Part shown: positions 1 to 7,610 of the stretch, piece by piece | Numbering within the stretch: position 1 is the first letter of the stretch | Layout of the letters: each line of letters starts with the position of its first letter | Source: Okeania sp. SIO1I7 | GTDB taxonomy: Bacteria > Cyanobacteriota > Cyanobacteriia > Cyanobacteriales > Microcoleaceae | Direction: 5' to 3' (one strand) | NCBI RefSeq assembly: GCF_010672585.1 | Contig: NZ_JAAHGF010000042.1 | DNA length: 32,000 nt | Notes under the pieces: model-generated | What the model saw: the letters and a program-made list of their open reading frames with translations, nothing else | Databases searched by the model: none | Told to the model about the DNA's origin: nothing | Translations under genes and position numbers: made by a program

Positions 1-221
1 AGAAGAAATTCTGTTTGAGCGTTGTCAAGTTCTTTTAACACAGCAATTTGCAATCAAGGCTATAACCCAGTACCATTGGTGGCCGAAAATTCAGGTTTAA
101 TTACTCCGATGCTACCGGATTTGATATCAAGCCTCCCCTTTTAAGGGGATGAAAAAAAATCAAGTTCAATATTTCAAGCCTCTGACTTTCCTGCGGAATG
201 CGGAGCAAACAGGCAGAGGTG

Positions 222-246
222 CTGATAACTGATAACTGATAACTGA
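222..246. repeat. STRR-type heptamer tandem repeat (CTGATAA x3.5)
   Basis: Direct reading: ctgataa ctgataa ctgataa ctga. Confidence 0.85.
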
Positions 247-296
247 AATGACCAGAGCCAAACAATCGCGCATTCATACTTCAATTCAGCAACGCC

Positions 297-480
297 AGAA
301 AAACTAAGACGTTATAGTTTTTAGTGCCTGATTTTCCACCACCACAACAGAAAAACTAAGACATTATAGTTTTCACAACCTGATTTTTCACCGCCACAAA
401 AGCTACAACAATAGAAAAACTAAAACGTTGTAGTTTTCACAACCTGATTTTTCACCGCCACAAAAGCTATAAAAACAGAA
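297..480. repeat. Three tandem copies (52, 64, 64 nt) of a hairpin-containing unit AGAAAAACTAAGACGTTATAGTTTTCACAACCTGATTTTTCACCGCCACAAAAGC...
   Basis: Copies start at 297, 349 and 413, with a partial fourth start at 477. Each holds an AAAACTA...TAGTTTT stem. There are no unique spacers. Confidence 0.85.
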
Positions 481-502
481 CTTTCTTAATTCAACCAAAC
501 TT

Positions 503-640
503 AGAGCTGATTTATAAAGTAAATATTAAGAGGCTGAGTTTCTCGCTATACTTAGGTTTGGCAAATTATCGCTCTGTAGACCCCAAATTCCTGAAAGCTA
601 GGTGATGTAAGACTTTTAACTAAGTTTATAAATCAGCTCT
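503..640. repeat. MITE-like element: perfect 16-bp inverted repeats flanking 106 bp
   Basis: AGAGCTGATTTATAAA at 503-518 is the exact reverse complement of 625-640. No ORF inside. Confidence 0.6.
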
Positions 641-666
641 TACAAAAAATTCTGATACTTTTACTT

Positions 667-747
667 CTCCCCCGCTCCCCTACTCCCCTACTCCCCCACT
701 TCCCCACTCCCCCACTCCCCTACTCCCCCACTCCCCCACTCCCCAAC
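667..747. repeat. Octamer tandem repeat (CTCCCC[T/C]A, about 10 units)
   Basis: Direct reading. Lies immediately 3' of the kinase gene on the minus strand. Confidence 0.85.
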
Positions 748-757
748 TCGTTAAACT

Positions 758-1840
758 CTAACTAACCAATGCTTGCAAAGCCTCCCTGAGTTCATCCACC
801 GTCGTAGTTGCAGTACCAAATATACGCACTACCAAACTAGCAGCCAAATTTCCCAAAACAGCCGCTTCCCAACTAGAAGCACCCATACTCAAAGCCAAAG
901 TCAAAGCAGCAACAACCGTATCACCAGCACCAGTAACATCAAAAACATCTGTCCGGTTAAAAGCTGGAATATGCCAACAATAAATCGGAATATCGCCAGT
1001 ACCAGAAAAAATAAAAGAAGGTGAAGGAGAATTAGAACTATTCACGCGATCAAACAGACTCATCCCCTCCTCACCACGAGTAATCAAAATTTGTTCTGCA
1101 TCCGTTAACCTCAAGAGGTCAAACCCTGCCTGATATAGAGTCTCAGAATTAGTAATAGCATATCCCACTGCTTTCTCCGCTTCAGGAAGATTAGGAGTAA
1201 ACAGAGTAGCACCCTTGTAACGTTGTAAATCTTTCTGAGTATCCACTATAGTTCTCTGTGGATGAGATATTGCCGCCTCTATAACAGGAGCAGTCAAAAC
1301 ACCATCTCCATAGTCTGAGCAAATTACAGCATCCACCGTAGCAACTTGTCGTTGAATATACCCTGCCAATTGCAACTGCAAATCAACTTCTGGCAGATCC
1401 TCAGATTTTCGGTCTACCCTAACAATTTGTTGAGTTACAGACTGACGAGCGTGACCAGAAATTCTAGTTTTAGTTACCGTCGGGCGATTTGGATCGACTA
1501 AAATTCCAGTAGTATCAACTCTAGCCGCTTCAAAAATACGACGCAGTGCTTTACCTTGCTCATCCTTTCCCAACAAACCTACAACCTTAACTTGAGCGCC
1601 CAACTTAGCAAAATTATAAACCGCATTAGCTCCCCCACCAGGTACTTGCTCCGTAGTTTCGTGACGCAGAATTAATACAGGTGCTTCACGAGAAATGCGC
1701 TCTACCTGACCAGTCATAAATTCATCCAGAGTCAAATCTCCCACTACTAAAACCTTAACCTGAGAAAAACCTGCAAGTAAATCAAATAGTCTAGGTGTAG
1801 CAGCTTTTAGTTGAGTAAGAAATTCTGAATCTAATACCAT
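758..1840 (-). CDS. PfkB-family carbohydrate kinase (RfaE/HldE domain-I-like, heptose-7-phosphate-kinase-like)
   Basis: 360-aa ORF. It has an N-terminal VLVVGDLTLDEF...REAPV motif, a GGGANA di-glycine motif and a C-terminal DVTGAGDT anion-hole motif typical of ribokinase/PfkB kinases. Confidence 0.8.
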   Translation of the reverse strand: MVLDSEFLTQLKAATPRLFDLLAGFSQVKVLVVGDLTLDEFMTGQVERISREAPVLILRHETTEQVPGGGANAVYNFAKLGAQVKVVGLLGKDEQGKALRRIFEAARVDTTGILVDPNRPTVTKTRISGHARQSVTQQIVRVDRKSEDLPEVDLQLQLAGYIQRQVATVDAVICSDYGDGVLTAPVIEAAISHPQRTIVDTQKDLQRYKGATLFTPNLPEAEKAVGYAITNSETLYQAGFDLLRLTDAEQILITRGEEGMSLFDRVNSSNSPSPSFIFSGTGDIPIYCWHIPAFNRTDVFDVTGAGDTVVAALTLALSMGASSWEAAVLGNLAASLVVRIFGTATTTVDELREALQALVS

Positions 1841-2063
1841 AATTTGTTTTTCTTTGAATCAAGGAGTTAGGGGAGAACAAATTCGTCAAATTAGTCAAGT
1901 ACAGAGCAATATCGATAAATTATATCAAGTTAGTTTAATTGTACATAGATCCAATTTATACTGATATGGAATAGAAATAGTAAAATTCCGAGCAATACTA
2001 AACGTTTCAGAGTTTAGCATCCTCTACTAAATAATTACTAATAAATTGAAGTTAGGTTGTTCA

Positions 2064-2184
2064 ATCAGATTTGATATTATCAAAATAATTGAGTCTAAAA
2101 CCCCGCCTTTTAAGGCTATCGGGTTTTTGGAGGCTTGCTCAAATCCCCACAAAAATAACTTCTGACTTCTGACTTCTGACTTCG
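2064..2184. repeat. Dispersed ~120-nt repeat family, copy 1 (A-run/hairpin/T-run module plus CTTCTGA heptamers)
   Basis: The reverse complement aligns by eye with 6411-6524 and 8201-8263. It contains AAAACCCCGCCTTTTAAGGCTATCGGGTTTTT (2097-2128), a bidirectional terminator-like hairpin about 140 nt downstream of the response-regulator stop. It ends in 3 CTTCTGA heptamers. Confidence 0.7.
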
Positions 2185-2264
2185 TTAACCCCAGAATATA
2201 TCAATATTCCAGGGTAAAAAAAATACCAGAATGATCGATAACCAATATTTAATGACTGATTTCA

Positions 2265-2819
2265 CTACTTCAACTTTTGTTTCATAACAGTCACAAGTTT
2301 CACAAGTTGAGCCATTTGCTTTTTCAATGCTACAATTTCATTTTGCATTTTCTTAACTTGAGCTTGCAACGCCTTAACATTAGCAGAATTCGGCTCCGGA
2401 GCAGGAACTTCCATTGCCTCTGCCTCGCTAGGACGTATTTTGGCCAATTCAAAGGCTAACTTAATAGCTGCAGTTAATTCTTTTTTCTCAAAAGGTTTTT
2501 CTAGAAAAGCAAAAAAATGTTTCTCAAAAGGTTCAGGAATTTTATCTGTCACCTCTTCTTTACGACCTGACATTAATACCAATGGAATCTTCTTGAGTTG
2601 AGACTGGGATTGAATTTTTTGGAACACTTCCCAACCAGTAACTTTTGGTAGTAGAAAGTCCAACATAATTAAATTCGGGCGTTCCTTACTAATAAATTTC
2701 AGTCCCTCTTGGCCGTCCTTTGCCTCTATAACATTAAAGTTTCCTTGGGGAAGCATTTCTTTGACTCTTACCCTAATAACCTTACTATCATCAATAACTA
2801 AAATTTTGTGTCCTGCCAC
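2265..2819 (-). CDS. Single-domain CheY-like response regulator with C-terminal coiled-coil tail
   Basis: 184 aa. Receiver signature present: DD at residues 10-11, phospho-acceptor context IMLDFLLP, MSGR, and conserved K in LEKPF. The tail is heptad-like (QAQVKKMQNEIVALKKQMAQL). Confidence 0.85.
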   Translation of the reverse strand: MAGHKILVIDDSKVIRVRVKEMLPQGNFNVIEAKDGQEGLKFISKERPNLIMLDFLLPKVTGWEVFQKIQSQSQLKKIPLVLMSGRKEEVTDKIPEPFEKHFFAFLEKPFEKKELTAAIKLAFELAKIRPSEAEAMEVPAPEPNSANVKALQAQVKKMQNEIVALKKQMAQLVKLVTVMKQKLK

Positions 2820-2939
2820 GACTAGCTCCTCCAGTTATCAGTTAGTTTTTTCAAATTAATCTTATTAATCTTATCTATATTCCTGTCATCAGCCATTAAA
2901 GATAGCTAAATCACGGCTTCTACATTTATTTGTTCTAAT

Positions 2940-3150
2940 TTGACATCCTCCCGACGCTGCTCTGTGAGACAGCGCAGGATTCCCATCCATCAATCAAACA
3001 GACGCTCGCTGAAGGAATGACTCAGGGTGGGTTGACACATCATTGGAATCTGCTGGCTTTTCAGTCTGACGTTTCCTCCGTGTCCGATAAATAATCGACC
3101 GTTGACCCTCGGCGACTTCATTGAAAAGTGATAGCTGTACAGGATTTTTT
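2940..3150 (-). ncRNA. Predicted TnpB guide RNA (omegaRNA/reRNA) scaffold overlapping the tnpB 3' end and right end
   Basis: By analogy with characterised TnpB systems, the RNA spans the 3' end of tnpB to the right end. Terminal stems are visible (ATCCT.../...GGAGGAT and GCTGTCTC-ACA-GAGCAGC). The 5' boundary is a guess. Confidence 0.4.
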
Positions 3151-4571
3151 GCTACTGTTCCTTTGGCTATTTCAACCTTGGTTTTCGGTTGAACAGCTTC
3201 TAAAATATTAACTGCTGCATTAATATCTCTGTCGTGAAACGTGCCACAATTTAAGCAAGTCCATTCTCTAACATTTAGCTCTTTTTTGCCTCCTTTGAAA
3301 CCACAATTAGACCACTTTTGAGATGTAGGCTCCCACCTAGAAATAGTTCTAAATTCTCTACCATATTTCTCGCACTTAGCCTCAGTTAAAGTTCTAAATT
3401 GCCTCCAACCTAAATCACTAATTGCTTTCGCTAATTTGCGGTCTCTTGGTGCGCGTTCCCTCTCTTGGTCGGCATTCCCTCTCTTGGTGCACGTTCCCTC
3501 TCTTGGTCGGCGTTCCCTTGCGACTGGCGTCGTCGCGGGGTCGCACCGCTTGCGACTGGCGTCGTCGCGGGGTCGCACCGCTTGCGACTGGCGTCGTCGC
3601 GGGGTCCGACCGCTTGCGACTGGCGTCGTCGCGGGGTCGCACCGCTTTTTAACCATGCCGGAAACATTTAAGTCTTCTAATACGATAGTATCGTAATTTA
3701 TGGCTAAATCAGTTGATAGCTTGTGTAGAAAATCTGTACGTTTGCGCAGCATTCCGTTTGCGTTTGCGTAGCATCCCGTAGGGAAGCATTCCGAAGGAAA
3801 GGAAATGTCTTTGACTTTTGCGTGTTTGCGCAGCATTCCGAAGGAAAGTTTAGCAACTCTAACCCTTGCCTTTTCACGACGTTTGCTACCTAGCTCAGTT
3901 TTGGCAAATTTACGTTGAAACTTACCTAATTTCTTGAGGTTTTTTTTAAGAGGTAATGATAGCTTAAACTTCTCACCATTACTCAAAGTTGCAAAAGTTG
4001 AAATGCCCAAATCAATACCTATTGAGTTTTCAGTCTTAGGTAAATTTTCAGCACAAGTTTCTACTACAAAGCTAGCAAAGTAACGTCCTGCACTATCTTT
4101 AATTATAGTAACTGAGCTAGGATTGCTAGCTAATGGTCTTGACCAAATAATTTTAATTTTTCCTACTTTTGGGAAATAGATTTTATCTTGACCAATTTTG
4201 TAATTAGCTCCGACAAATCTAACTGCTTGTCTAGACTTTCTACTCTTGCATTTAGGAGGTTTAACTTTAATTCCTTTACGTTTTCCAGTACAACTATTAA
4301 AGAAATTCCTGTAAGCTTGGTCTAAATCTTTGAGAGACTGTTGCAATGGAGTAGATGCTACTTCCTTTAACCAAACTAATTCTCTTTTAGCTTGAGTTAT
4401 AAATTGTTTGGTTAAGTCCACATAGCTAGGTCTCTTGTGACCATTAGTATACAATTGGTTACAGTGTGCTAATGCACTATTCCAAACATATCTGCAACAA
4501 CCAAATAGTTGATTTAATTTGATTATTTGAATATGATTTGGATATATGCGATACTTGTATCTGGCTTTCAA
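2994..4571 (-). CDS. tnpB: IS200/IS605-family RNA-guided endonuclease TnpB with in-frame repeat insertions
   Basis: 525 aa. N-terminus is YKYRIYPN..Q...LNQLFGCCRYVWN. RuvC-I is IGIDLGIS and RuvC-II is LEDLNVSGM. Zinc finger is SNCGF...CLNCG, and RuvC-III is HDRDINAAVNI. The protein is about 100 aa longer than usual because of insertions at 3443-3646 and 3741-3845. Confidence 0.9.
   Translation of the reverse strand: MKARYKYRIYPNHIQIIKLNQLFGCCRYVWNSALAHCNQLYTNGHKRPSYVDLTKQFITQAKRELVWLKEVASTPLQQSLKDLDQAYRNFFNSCTGKRKGIKVKPPKCKSRKSRQAVRFVGANYKIGQDKIYFPKVGKIKIIWSRPLASNPSSVTIIKDSAGRYFASFVVETCAENLPKTENSIGIDLGISTFATLSNGEKFKLSLPLKKNLKKLGKFQRKFAKTELGSKRREKARVRVAKLSFGMLRKHAKVKDISFPSECFPTGCYANANGMLRKRTDFLHKLSTDLAINYDTIVLEDLNVSGMVKKRCDPATTPVASGRTPRRRQSQAVRPRDDASRKRCDPATTPVARERRPREGTCTKRGNADQERERAPRDRKLAKAISDLGWRQFRTLTEAKCEKYGREFRTISRWEPTSQKWSNCGFKGGKKELNVREWTCLNCGTFHDRDINAAVNILEAVQPKTKVEIAKGTVAKNPVQLSLFNEVAEGQRSIIYRTRRKRQTEKPADSNDVSTHPESFLQRASV
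3443..3646. repeat. Composite GC-rich tandem repeat inside tnpB: 4 x 19 nt then 4 x 32 nt (204 nt)
   Basis: 19-nt units (CTCTTGGTSSRCRTTCCCT) start at 3443, 3462, 3481 and 3500. 32-nt units (TGCGACTGGCGTCGTCGCGGGGTCGCACCGCT) start at 3519, 3551, 3583 and 3615. The ORF track shows ORFs in all six frames across it. Confidence 0.95.
3741..3845. repeat. Two SDR-like GC-rich mini-insertions inside tnpB (66 nt at 3741-3806, 21 nt at 3825-3845)
   Basis: Both begin with the identical 16-mer TTTGCGCAGCATTCCG. They bracket the codons for HAKVKD. Lengths are multiples of 3. Confidence 0.7.
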
Positions 4572-4712
4572 TGTTTTAGCCTGTTACTAATATTAAGCAG
4601 TATTACTATAGCATGGGTTGGCATTCCCATACGACGCTCCCCTACGGGATAGCGCGGGTATAAATGCCAACATTTAGATAAAAGCGCACAAAATTGTTAT
4701 TTTTAACTTTTT

Positions 4713-5672
4713 ATGGCTACAAAAAATGGTCGGTCAATATCAACTCAGGTCAATACTTCTGAGATGAAAGCCCAAATTCAGAGTATGCCAAAGTGGCTGC
4801 GTCCTTCTTTAGGGAAGGCTAGTGATATTTCTACTGTACAGAAAATTATAAAGCAGCGTCAGCTCCATACTATCTGTGAAGAAGGTCGCTGTCCTAACCG
4901 AGGCGAATGTTATGCCCAGAAGACAGCTACTTTTTTATTGATGGGTCCCACTTGTACACGGTCTTGTGCTTTTTGTCAAGTGGATAAGGGTCATGCTCCG
5001 ATGCCCTTAGACCCGGAGGAACCACAAAAAGTAGCTGAAGCTGTGGAATTATTGGGTTTGGAGTATGTAGTATTGACTTCTGTTGCTAGGGATGATTTGC
5101 CAGATGGCGGTGCTAGTTGGTTTGTAGCAACAATGACAGCTATTAGACAACGGAACCGAGAAACGAAAATTGAGGTTTTGACTGCTGATTTTTGGGGTGG
5201 TCAAGATGGACTTGGGGTTGAGAAGTTATCTGTTTCTCTAGCTGAAAGGCAAAAGCAGCGGATAAAGATAGTCATAGATGCTGAACCTGCTTGCTATAAC
5301 CATAATATTGAAACAGTACGACGATTACAAGGCCCTGTACGTCGTGGGGCAAAATATGAGCGATCGCTTGATGTATTACGGATTGTTAAGGAGTTAAACT
5401 CTAATATTCCTACTAAGTCAGGGCTAATGTTGGGACATGGAGAAACAAAAACTGAAATAATCGAGGCCATGGCAGATTTGAGAAAAGTAGAATGCGATCG
5501 CATTACTTTAGGCCAATATATGCGTCCTTCTCTAGCCCATTTGCCCGTACAAAAATATTGGACACCAGAAGAATTTGACGAGCTTGGAGCGATCGCTCAA
5601 CAAATGGGCTTTTCTCATGTGCGTTCTGGCCCTCTAGTGCGTAGTTCTTATCATGCTGGAGAAAGTGTTTAA
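4713..5672 (+). CDS. lipA: Lipoyl synthase (radical SAM)
   Basis: 319 aa. Carries both LipA cysteine clusters: [12 protein letters not shown] and [10 protein letters not shown] (the CxxxCxxC radical-SAM motif). The true start may be the downstream Met in SMPKWL. Confidence 0.92.
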   Translation: MATKNGRSISTQVNTSEMKAQIQSMPKWLRPSLGKASDISTVQKIIKQRQLHTICEEGRCPNRGECYAQKTATFLLMGPTCTRSCAFCQVDKGHAPMPLDPEEPQKVAEAVELLGLEYVVLTSVARDDLPDGGASWFVATMTAIRQRNRETKIEVLTADFWGGQDGLGVEKLSVSLAERQKQRIKIVIDAEPACYNHNIETVRRLQGPVRRGAKYERSLDVLRIVKELNSNIPTKSGLMLGHGETKTEIIEAMADLRKVECDRITLGQYMRPSLAHLPVQKYWTPEEFDELGAIAQQMGFSHVRSGPLVRSSYHAGESV

Positions 5673-5711
5673 CCCACGTTCGGCACCACAAAATGTAGTA
5701 TGGAAGAAGGA

Positions 5712-5790
5712 GTCAGGAGACAACCCACCCCTAGCCCCTCCCAACCCACCCCTAGCCCCTCCCAGGAGGGGAGGGGGAGACAGGAGACAG
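5712..5790. repeat. GC-rich palindromic repeat cluster (CAACCCACCCCTAGCCCCTCC x2 + CAGGAGGGGAGGGG) flanked by CAGGAGA heptamers
   Basis: Direct reading. Related units occur at 11927-11971, 22236-22470 and 24800-24850. Confidence 0.8.
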
Positions 5791-6094
5791 AATTTTAGAA
5801 GAAAATCATAGCTGCCGTGATTGAGTAATCATCAGAGCAAGTATTTATGCGTAAATTTTTTACTCGGAATTTGATGAACTAAAAAAGTAATTGAGATGAT
5901 TTACATAGTATAAATACTTACCAAGCTACAGATTTATATACTACTTTTAATAATACGCTCTTGAAGTGCGTGTGGGTGGGCAAGAAGTAAAAAGAGAACA
6001 AATAATTTCCTATTCTTTAAATGTTTGTATAATATTGAATCAATTGCATGATAAGATTTTCTTGATCCCAAAAAAAGGCGGTAGTTCTCATCGT

Positions 6095-6215
6095 CTCTGT
6101 CTGCGGAGGGTTAAGTGGTTGCACTCCCTATGTTCGCGCAGCGTTGCGCCAGCAAAACAGAAAGCCCTATCCGTGAGGTTGGGAACCCTACATCATAATC
6201 TTTGATTTGATGTAG
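6095..6215 (+). promoter_or_regulatory. Candidate structured 5' leader upstream of a 29-codon ORF (class unknown)
   Basis: Hairpins are visible: GCGCA-GCGT-TGCGC, and a 9-bp stem CCTACATCA...TGATGTAGG just before the GGAGA Shine-Dalgarno. I matched no riboswitch consensus. Confidence 0.25.
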
Positions 6216-6250
6216 GAGAACGTCACTAAAATAATGGAGAATAAATTTAG

Positions 6251-6340
6251 ATGAAATATTCTTTTCGTGCAAGTTGGGCTTTATTACTATTGGCTATCAA
6301 CTTGGTTGTTGCGGGCTACTATTTCGGTATTATCCAGTAG
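6251..6340 (+). CDS. Small hydrophobic peptide (29 aa, MKYSFRASWALLLLAINLVVAGYYFGIIQ), one predicted TM helix
   Basis: ATG is preceded by GGAGA about 10 nt upstream and followed by a strong hairpin terminator. Absent from the ORF track because it is under 60 aa. Confidence 0.4.
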   Translation: MKYSFRASWALLLLAINLVVAGYYFGIIQ

Positions 6341-6368
6341 TCTTCAGGCTTTTATTTAGCAAATCTGT

Positions 6369-6407
6369 GCCACTCTTGTGATACTCTATTCTTAAGAGTG
6401 GCGCTTT
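6369..6407 (+). terminator. Hairpin terminator candidate after the small ORF
   Basis: Perfect 9-bp stem GCCACTCTT (6369-6377) / AAGAGTGGC (6394-6402), followed by GCTTTAAT. Confidence 0.5.
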
Positions 6408-6410
6408 AAT

Positions 6411-6524
6411 GAAGTCAGAAGTTAGAAGTTATTTTTGTAACGGGAATTTTGAGCAACTCTCCAAAAATATTTCGCCTTAAAATACGGGGTTGCGCGACCC
6501 AATTACTTTGATAAAGATATATCT
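6411..6524. repeat. Dispersed ~120-nt repeat family, copy 2 (opposite orientation to copy 1)
   Basis: GAAGTCAGAAGTTAGAAGTTATTTTTGTAACGGGAATTTTGAGCAACTCTCCAAAAA...CCAATTACTTTGATAA aligns with the rc of 2064-2184. Confidence 0.7.
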
Positions 6525-6744
6525 ACGATGTTGAGATAAAAAGTTAATTCTGTGATTTTCTCCTAATAATCAACCTCAAAAACAGTATTAAACTGAACTA
6601 TATTAAATATTATCGCTACTTAATAATTCAGATTTACCTCCTAATATTTTTATGTTGGTTCCGCTTCTAAGATAACTCTGACTACTTTCAAAATCGACTA
6701 ATTTCTCTTCAAAAAGCGCATCCTAAAAATAAGAAATCATAACT

Positions 6745-7149
6745 TTATCCACAAGATTTATCTCGCCACTCATCCTCTAATAAACTTAATAACCTTTCAT
6801 CTCCTTTGGCCTTAGCTATTAAACGTCGCCATTGTAATATATCGCAAATATTTGTTCCATTTACCTGAGCTATATTTTTTGGCTCAACCTGTTTCTCTTT
6901 TACTATTTGAGCAACATTAATAGTTTGTTTTTCCTGAGCTAACTCATCATCTCTAGCACAACACAACTTTTGAGAAGGATGCTGAGGTATAGGAATATGT
7001 TTAACGTAAGGATAAGTCCATCCTTGGCCTCTATGTTGTCCCCTGTATTCCTCCACTACTTCCCCCATCATCATATTAATAGTAGGAAGTTCTTGTCGAT
7101 TACGCTGATAGTCATTATTTAGTTTCATATCATCAGACCCTTTTCCCAA
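6745..7149 (-). CDS. Hypothetical protein (no recognised domain)
   Basis: 134-aa ORF from a TTG. A more likely ATG start at 7128 gives MKLNNDYQRN.... Lies in AT-rich context with no motif recognised. Confidence 0.45.
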   Translation of the reverse strand: MGKGSDDMKLNNDYQRNRQELPTINMMMGEVVEEYRGQHRGQGWTYPYVKHIPIPQHPSQKLCCARDDELAQEKQTINVAQIVKEKQVEPKNIAQVNGTNICDILQWRRLIAKAKGDERLLSLLEDEWRDKSCG

Positions 7150-7220
7150 AAAACTTTTTTATTTCTGTATCTATTTTTACATTTTACTCAAAAATATTCT
7201 AATTTTTGACAAAAGTTTAC

Positions 7221-7241
7221 TATTCCCTATTCCCTATTCCC
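7221..7241. repeat. Heptamer tandem repeat (TATTCCC x3)
   Basis: Direct reading. Confidence 0.85.
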
Positions 7242-7610
7242 TAGCGCTATAATACTTTTTTTGAAAAAAGTGACAGAGATAACTGACAAATAGAAACAAG
7301 TGGTGTACATAAAACAATTCTTCTGACAAAATTACTCTTGAATTATGACTACTGTACGTTGCCAATTTGACGGTTGCCAGACTTGCCTCATTAAACTCTA
7401 TTATTGAGCTTCTCTATTCTCTAATATTGAAAAAATTACTATCCATAATCTATTCTAATAATGGGCAATTATCATTGATTTGTTTGTGTAAAAAATTAGC
7501 TTACTATTATATGTTGACAAAATAGCCAAGTATTATTTAATATAGAATTATAGACACATAAATAAACAAATACGGCCCAAAAAAATATATATAAACTTAA
7601 GGTAGATTTT

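Larger units (their letters stand above)
2940..4672 (-). mobile_element. Non-autonomous IS200/IS605-family element (tnpB only, no tnpA)
   Basis: The right end reads ...GAATCCTGCGCTGTCTCACAGAGCAGCGTCGGGAGGATGTCAA on the minus strand, with terminal TCAA equal to the rc of 2940-2943. The left-end palindromic region is 4618-4670 (TTGGCATT...AATGCCAA enclosing CCCGTAGGGGAGCGTCGTATGGGA). Both end motifs recur at 15058-15701. The left boundary is approximate. Confidence 0.75.

Noticed and set aside
297-480. Possible CRISPR array (regular ~60-nt periodicity)
   Set aside because: The whole unit repeats, including the would-be spacer. There are only three copies, no unique spacers and no cas genes.
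3418-3696. Five extra overlapping ORFs (68-86 aa) on both strands inside tnpB
   Set aside because: They are artefacts of the stop-free GC-rich tandem repeat. Their products are low-complexity Arg/Pro/Ser strings.
5966-6205. 79-aa ORF upstream of the small-peptide unit
   Set aside because: It has a GTG start, no SD and an implausible composition. It overlaps the hairpin-rich leader and is treated as non-coding.
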